From NCBI RefSeq assembly GCF_028641065.1, contig NW_026576285.1, positions 1 to 64,000 on the forward strand: a DNA stretch of 64,000 bases. The letters are read 5' to 3'. The first letter of the stretch is position 1. Every line of letters starts with the position of its first letter. Under the pieces are notes generated by a model that saw only the letters and a program-made list of their open reading frames with translations, was not told where the DNA came from and did no database searches. Below are positions 59,057 to 64,000 of this stretch, in pieces. The stretch comes from Leucoraja erinacea (Eukaryota). Position numbers and translations under genes: made by a program.

Positions 59057-61265
59057 CTAGACCATGTATGTTTCTCCAACATCGTTTGCGGGGGGGGGGG
59101 GGGGGGGGCTGTGGCATCACACTCAAATTAACCACCCCCCAGACCCACAGGTGGGGGGAGGGGGGGGGGGTGTGAAAAGGGGAGGGAGGGAGGGAGGGGA
59201 GAGGAGGAGGAGGAGGAAACATGACAGATTTGGGAGGGAAGGGAGAGCGGGTAGGAGGTGAGAGAGGGGGATGGGGAGAGAGATGTGGAGGAGGGGGGGT
59301 GGGGAGGGAGGGAGGGGGAGAGGGGGTGGGGGGAGAGAGGGGGAAGAGTGGGGAGGGAGAGTAGAGGGGGAAGGGGAGATGTGGAAGAGTGGGGGGAGGG
59401 AGGAGGAGAGGGGTAGGGGGAGTGATTGAAAGGACAGAGGTGTAGGAGGAAGGGGGCGGGTGGAGGGGGAGGAGAGAGGGAAGGGGGTGGGGTAGAGAGG
59501 GAAGGGGGGTGAGGGAGAGAGGGGAGAGGGGTGAGGAGAGGGAGAGGGGTGAGGAGAGGGAGAGGGGTGAGGAGAGGGAAAGGGGTGAGGAGAGGGAAAA
59601 ATGGAAATTAAGTGCCATTCGTGTTCCTGTCTTGCAACTTTTGTCTCGAAGTGTGTTGGAAGCTGATAGGAAGGAGCAGCCGTCAACAAATCAAAAGGCA
59701 GAAAGGCAGCCGGTCGGATGGCACGAGAGTTTTATATATTAACTAGACCAAGTGCAGACCAATTGGGTCTGTTTCCCCAACAGCGTTTGCGGGGGGGGGG
59801 GGGGGGGGGGGGGCTGCGACATCACACTCAAATTAACCACCCCCCAAACTCACAGGTGGGGGGAGGGGGGGGGGTGAGAAGAGGGGAGGGGGTGAGAGGA
59901 GGAGGAAATGGGACAGATTTGCGAGGGAAAGGAGAGTGGGGTAGGGGGTGAGAGGGGGATGGGATGGGAGAGAGATGTGGGGGAGGGGGGGATGGGGAGG
60001 GGGGGGGGAGGGAGGGGGAGAGGGGGAAAGAGTGGGGAGGGAGAGTGGAGGGGGAAGGGGGAGACATGCAAGAGTGGGGAGGGAGGAGGAGAGGGGTAGG
60101 GGGAGTGATGGAAGAGGGACAGAGGGGTAGGAGGAAGGGGCCGGGTGGAGAGAGGGAGAGGGGTGAGGAGAGAGGGAAGGGTGGGAGCGGGAGAGGGGTG
60201 AGGAGAGGGAAACATAGAAAATAGGTGCAGGAGTAGGCCATTCGGCCCTTTGAGCCTGCACCACCATTCAATATGATCATGGCTGATCATCCAACTCAGT
60301 ATCCTGTACCTGCCTTCTCTCCATATCCCTTTAGCCACAAGGGCTGCATCTAACCCTCTTAAATATAGCCAATGAACTGGCCTCAACTGCCTTCTGTGGC
60401 AGAGAATTCCAGAGATTCACCACTCTCTGTGTGAAAAATGTTTTTCTCATCTCTGTCCTAAAGGATTTCCCCCTTATCTTTAAACTGTGACCCCTTGTTC
60501 TGGACTTCCCCAACATCTGGATCAATCTTCCTGCATCTAGCCTGTCCAACCCCTTAAGAATTTTGTACGTTTCTATAAGATCTGCACTCAATCTTCTAAA
60601 TTCTAGCGAGTACAAGCCGAGTCTATCTAGTCTTTCTTCATATGAAAGTCCTGACATCCCAGAAATTAGTCTGGTGAACCTTCTCTGTACTCCCTCTATG
60701 GCAACAATGCCTTTGAACATTGGACATTGTGACATCACACGATGGAAAGTTCACCAAGTGCTTGTGCTCCTGCAAAGGCATTTGTAAATGAATCCATTCC
60801 GATTGGACATCTGTGAACATTGGACATTGTGACATCACACGTTGGAACGTTCACCAGGGGCTGGGGCTGGTGCTGCTTCTATGGGTGAGAAGCCAGTTTA
60901 TTTTTGAAATATTGGTGGAAGGAGAGAAGGATTTGATTAAAAACGTGTACTTAAACACGACGAAATGTAATGAGGAGTGGATACTTAGAAGGAAAAGTGT
61001 AATCTCTACCGAAATGGAAAAGATGTCGGCGATTCTGCGTCTGGTTTCGGAGTTGCAGGGAATCAAAGGAAGAAAGGCAGTCGACAGCCGTCCATGTAAA
61101 TGGATCCATTCCGATTGGACATCTGCGAGCATTGGGCATTGTGATTGGACATCTGCGAGCATTCGGCATGGTGACATCACACGATGGAAACAAATCAAAA
61201 GGCAGAAAGGCAGGCGGACGGCAGCCAGTCGGATGGCACGAGAGTTTTATATATTAATAGATAGA
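59057..61265 (-). mobile_element. Two head-to-tail non-autonomous Helitron units
   Basis: 5' end TC...TATATAAAACTCTCGTGCCATCCG at about 61260 and about 59740. 3' end is a hairpin CAGACC-caatt-GGTCTG + 8 nt + CTAG at 59743. A second CTAG end lies at 59057. Confidence 0.75.
60210..60706 (-). mobile_element. CR1 family B 3' fragment inserted in a Helitron
   Basis: AIEGVQRRFTRLI... plus tail. Confidence 0.9.
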
Positions 61266-62575
61266 TAGATAGATAGTAGTGAAAAGCTTTTGTTTGCGTC
61301 ATAATCAACTCAGATCAGGAATGACTGAGGGATTGTATTGAATGACAGCGCAGGCTTGTGGGCCTGTTTCAATGCAATAAACTCCATATTAACGTAGCAT
61401 ATAAAGAATGCAGGTGCTTGTATGTTTGATGATGAGCCCAAAATATTGCTTTGGTAATTCAAGATATTCTCAGTGTCGCAATGGTAGAGTTGCTGCCTAT
61501 AGCAGCAGAAACTCAGGTCCATTCCGACTAATGGTGCTGTCTGTACGGTGTTTGTACGTTCTCCCTGAGTGTGGTGTTTTTCTCTGGGTGCTCCAGTTTC
61601 CGCCCACATCTCAAAGAAGTACAGGTTTTTAGGTTAATTCGCTTTGGTAAAATTGTAAATTGTCACTTGTCGTGTTATAGTACTAGTGTACGGGGAGTCA
61701 GCGAGGACTCAGTGGGCCGGAGGACCTGCTTCCGTGCTGCACCTCTGACGTCTAAACTCAAAATGTTAATTTCTATTAATTTTAATTTTCATCTCTTAAC
61801 TAAAATCATTTCAATCAACCCAAACATGAATGTGTTGCTCCCTCATGACACCAGATTTAAGTCTGCACTTTTAAAACGGTTTTTAATTTTGCTCGGATAG
61901 TGCTGAACTAATTCACTTTTTTAACAGAAGTTGCAACTCACAGCAGTGACCAGAGTAAGCAAGAGACATCAAATACATGAACACAAGAAACGAGAAGCAG
62001 GAATAGGCCCACAAGTCACTGGCAGACCTAGTCCAAACCAACGTTTTAGTCCATATTACTCATCCACTGATTGAGGCCACATTATTCAGCTCCCTTCTCC
62101 ATAAAGTTTAGTTTAGTTTATTATTGTAATGTGTATACAAATACAGTGAGATACTATGTTTTGCATGCCATACAGTCATAATACACCATACATGAGTGCA
62201 ATGATAGACAAGTAAGTGCAGTGGGTCATTGGGTCAGTGCAGGTGCAGTGGGTCATTGTAGAGATCACAAGAACAATGATGTATTTGTTGGCTATGAGAA
62301 AAGTCTGTTCTGCAGCTCAATTGCGTCATGACTGATCTACTCCTGACCAGAAGAGTCTGTAACCAATAACCCACAACTTCCCAAAGAAACAAATCCATCC
62401 TTCTCAGTAACGTAATGAATCTACACTCTGCAGTTGAAGATTCCCACCATTCGTTATCATCTGGGAGAAAATAAAACAATTTTCTCCTCAGTTTGAAACC
62501 TTGGCCTCCAAGGTCAAGTTTCCTCCATGAGGGGGAATATCAAGAACAGGAGGAAATAGAAGAGTGGTAGGCTAT

Positions 62576-63241
62576 TGAAAAAGCTACTTATCTTAACTAC
62601 TAAACCAGGTTCGCTTCTTAATAAACAGACACCACACAAACGGTTTGGTAGACCAGTTCAAAACTTTACTTAACATCGGCCGATGGAAGGGAGGGAGAAC
62701 TCCAGTCAAGTGACCAACACAGACACTTGACTGTCCTCAGCCACCTTCCCTTAACAACAGAATTACATTGCCTTAAATAGGGTTTTTTTACCCCTTATCA
62801 CATTCCACAGACATTAGTCATGGTCAGAGGTACTGGAAAAGGTTTCCACAGAATGCATCACATCAAACCTTTTTTTTACATGGTACAAGATATACTAAAA
62901 ACATTGCCATTTGCCTTATCTCCAAATAGACCACCCCTAGCTCTTTTCGCTGCTTCCTCTGTCATTTGGTCCCTCATAAACATAGGTCATTTGTTTACAA
63001 AGATGTGACTGTTTATTTCTCTCTTCCTTTATTGCCTCCTCCCCCATAAACATTGGTTATTTGGTTTATGGCATCTTACTTTCAAAGATATCTCTCTAGC
63101 TCCTTCACTTGGGAGACAATGTTATCTCACACACCCCGCAACCTGAGGAAAGCCTAATTTGACACTAAATATAAGCTGTAAGCTAGCCCAGAAACCAATT
63201 TAATATCTTCTTATATTTTTAACTAAAACTCGGCTTCATCA
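62576..63241 (-). mobile_element. 3' LTR of an LTR retroelement/ERV; internal sequence continues off the window
   Basis: Minus strand reads TGA...TCA (666 bp), preceded by the purine tract AAAAGGATGGAA. It contains a TATTTAA TATA-like box (about 62775) and an AGTAAA poly(A)-like signal (about 62667). Confidence 0.6.
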
Positions 63242-64000
63242 TTCCATCCTTTTATCAAAATTTTGATAACAACTACAGTCCTTCCTGAGTACATACGAAA
63301 GACCATAAGCATCTCATCAGACAAATTAATAGTACACTAGTAACCCAATCAATTCATAGTGGACAATCGTTTCACAAGTCCCTCCAAACATTTTAAATGG
63401 CCACCAACCTTCCCCGGACGTGACACTATAATATACTACCATAGGACAGGAAAAGGATCATAAAAATTGCTCAGCCTTTATTCGGCTTCGCTTGGAATTC
63501 CCCGTGTGCTGGTGTAACTGGTTCATGCTTCTCTTGTGTGGCACTGCATTTGCAACATAACAATGCCCTGTCACAAATATACTGTTTCCTTAAAATACAC
63601 CAGTGCCTTGGTTGTGGCAAAAACAGGTAGATTTAACTGGCCTTTGCAGACTTCTTACTGTCTGTAGTCAGGGTATCTTTGCTGCGCTTGTCATGTTTGA
63701 CTTCAATCTTGTTTAAAAGGAGGTGTGTACCATCCTTTAAATGTGGGTTAGTCCGCAAGTTTGCCATTCTGAAGAAAGTTCAGTCCATGTGGGCTGGGCC
63801 ACCCCAGAATAAAGGAGCATCAATAGCCCATCGTCCTTGTTTCCACAAACTGTTCACAGTCAATCAAATGTATCCAGCGACGATGATCTTTCATCTTTAC
63901 AGCAGTTCATGTTGTTAGCAACACTTGGTTGTTCTTTTCAATACAGTTTCAATTTCTTCTTGTCCCAGCACCCCCGTCATCGTATAGCTTTTATGGCTCC

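Noticed and set aside
59046-60386. Pro- or Gly-rich ORFs
   Set aside because: Purine-rich Helitron interior with no protein motifs.

Overview
This is vertebrate genomic DNA, most likely from a cartilaginous fish (skate or ray-like), judging by its CR1/HER1-type LINEs, V-SINE/HE1-type SINEs and Penelope content. The one host gene is a minus-strand, apparently intact nonclassical MHC class I heavy-chain gene spread over more than 54 kb: leader 57797-57869, alpha1 39424-39684, alpha2 13120-13395, alpha3 3112-3378. All introns are phase-1 GT-AG. No TM or cytoplasmic exons were found in the window. An X1-X2-Y-like promoter module lies just upstream. The introns are mostly transposons: two CR1 families (one nearly intact 4.5-kb copy), a full-length DIRS1-type tyrosine-recombinase retrotransposon, Penelope fragments and palindromic derivatives carrying minimal hammerhead motifs, L2, Rex1/Babar and RTE fragments, SINEs and non-autonomous Helitrons. 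More Helitron units and an LTR lie upstream of the gene. The most notable observations are: (1) an in-phase U_UUA_AAC -1 frameshift heptamer that would fuse CR1 ORF1 to ORF2; (2) a hAT-like terminus attached to a TDP2 exon-1-like sequence, present twice; (3) a hydrophobic, non-canonical class I groove; and (4) short palindromic elements with hammerhead motifs on both strands. All family assignments come from motif recognition by eye, not database searches, and repeat boundaries are approximate.
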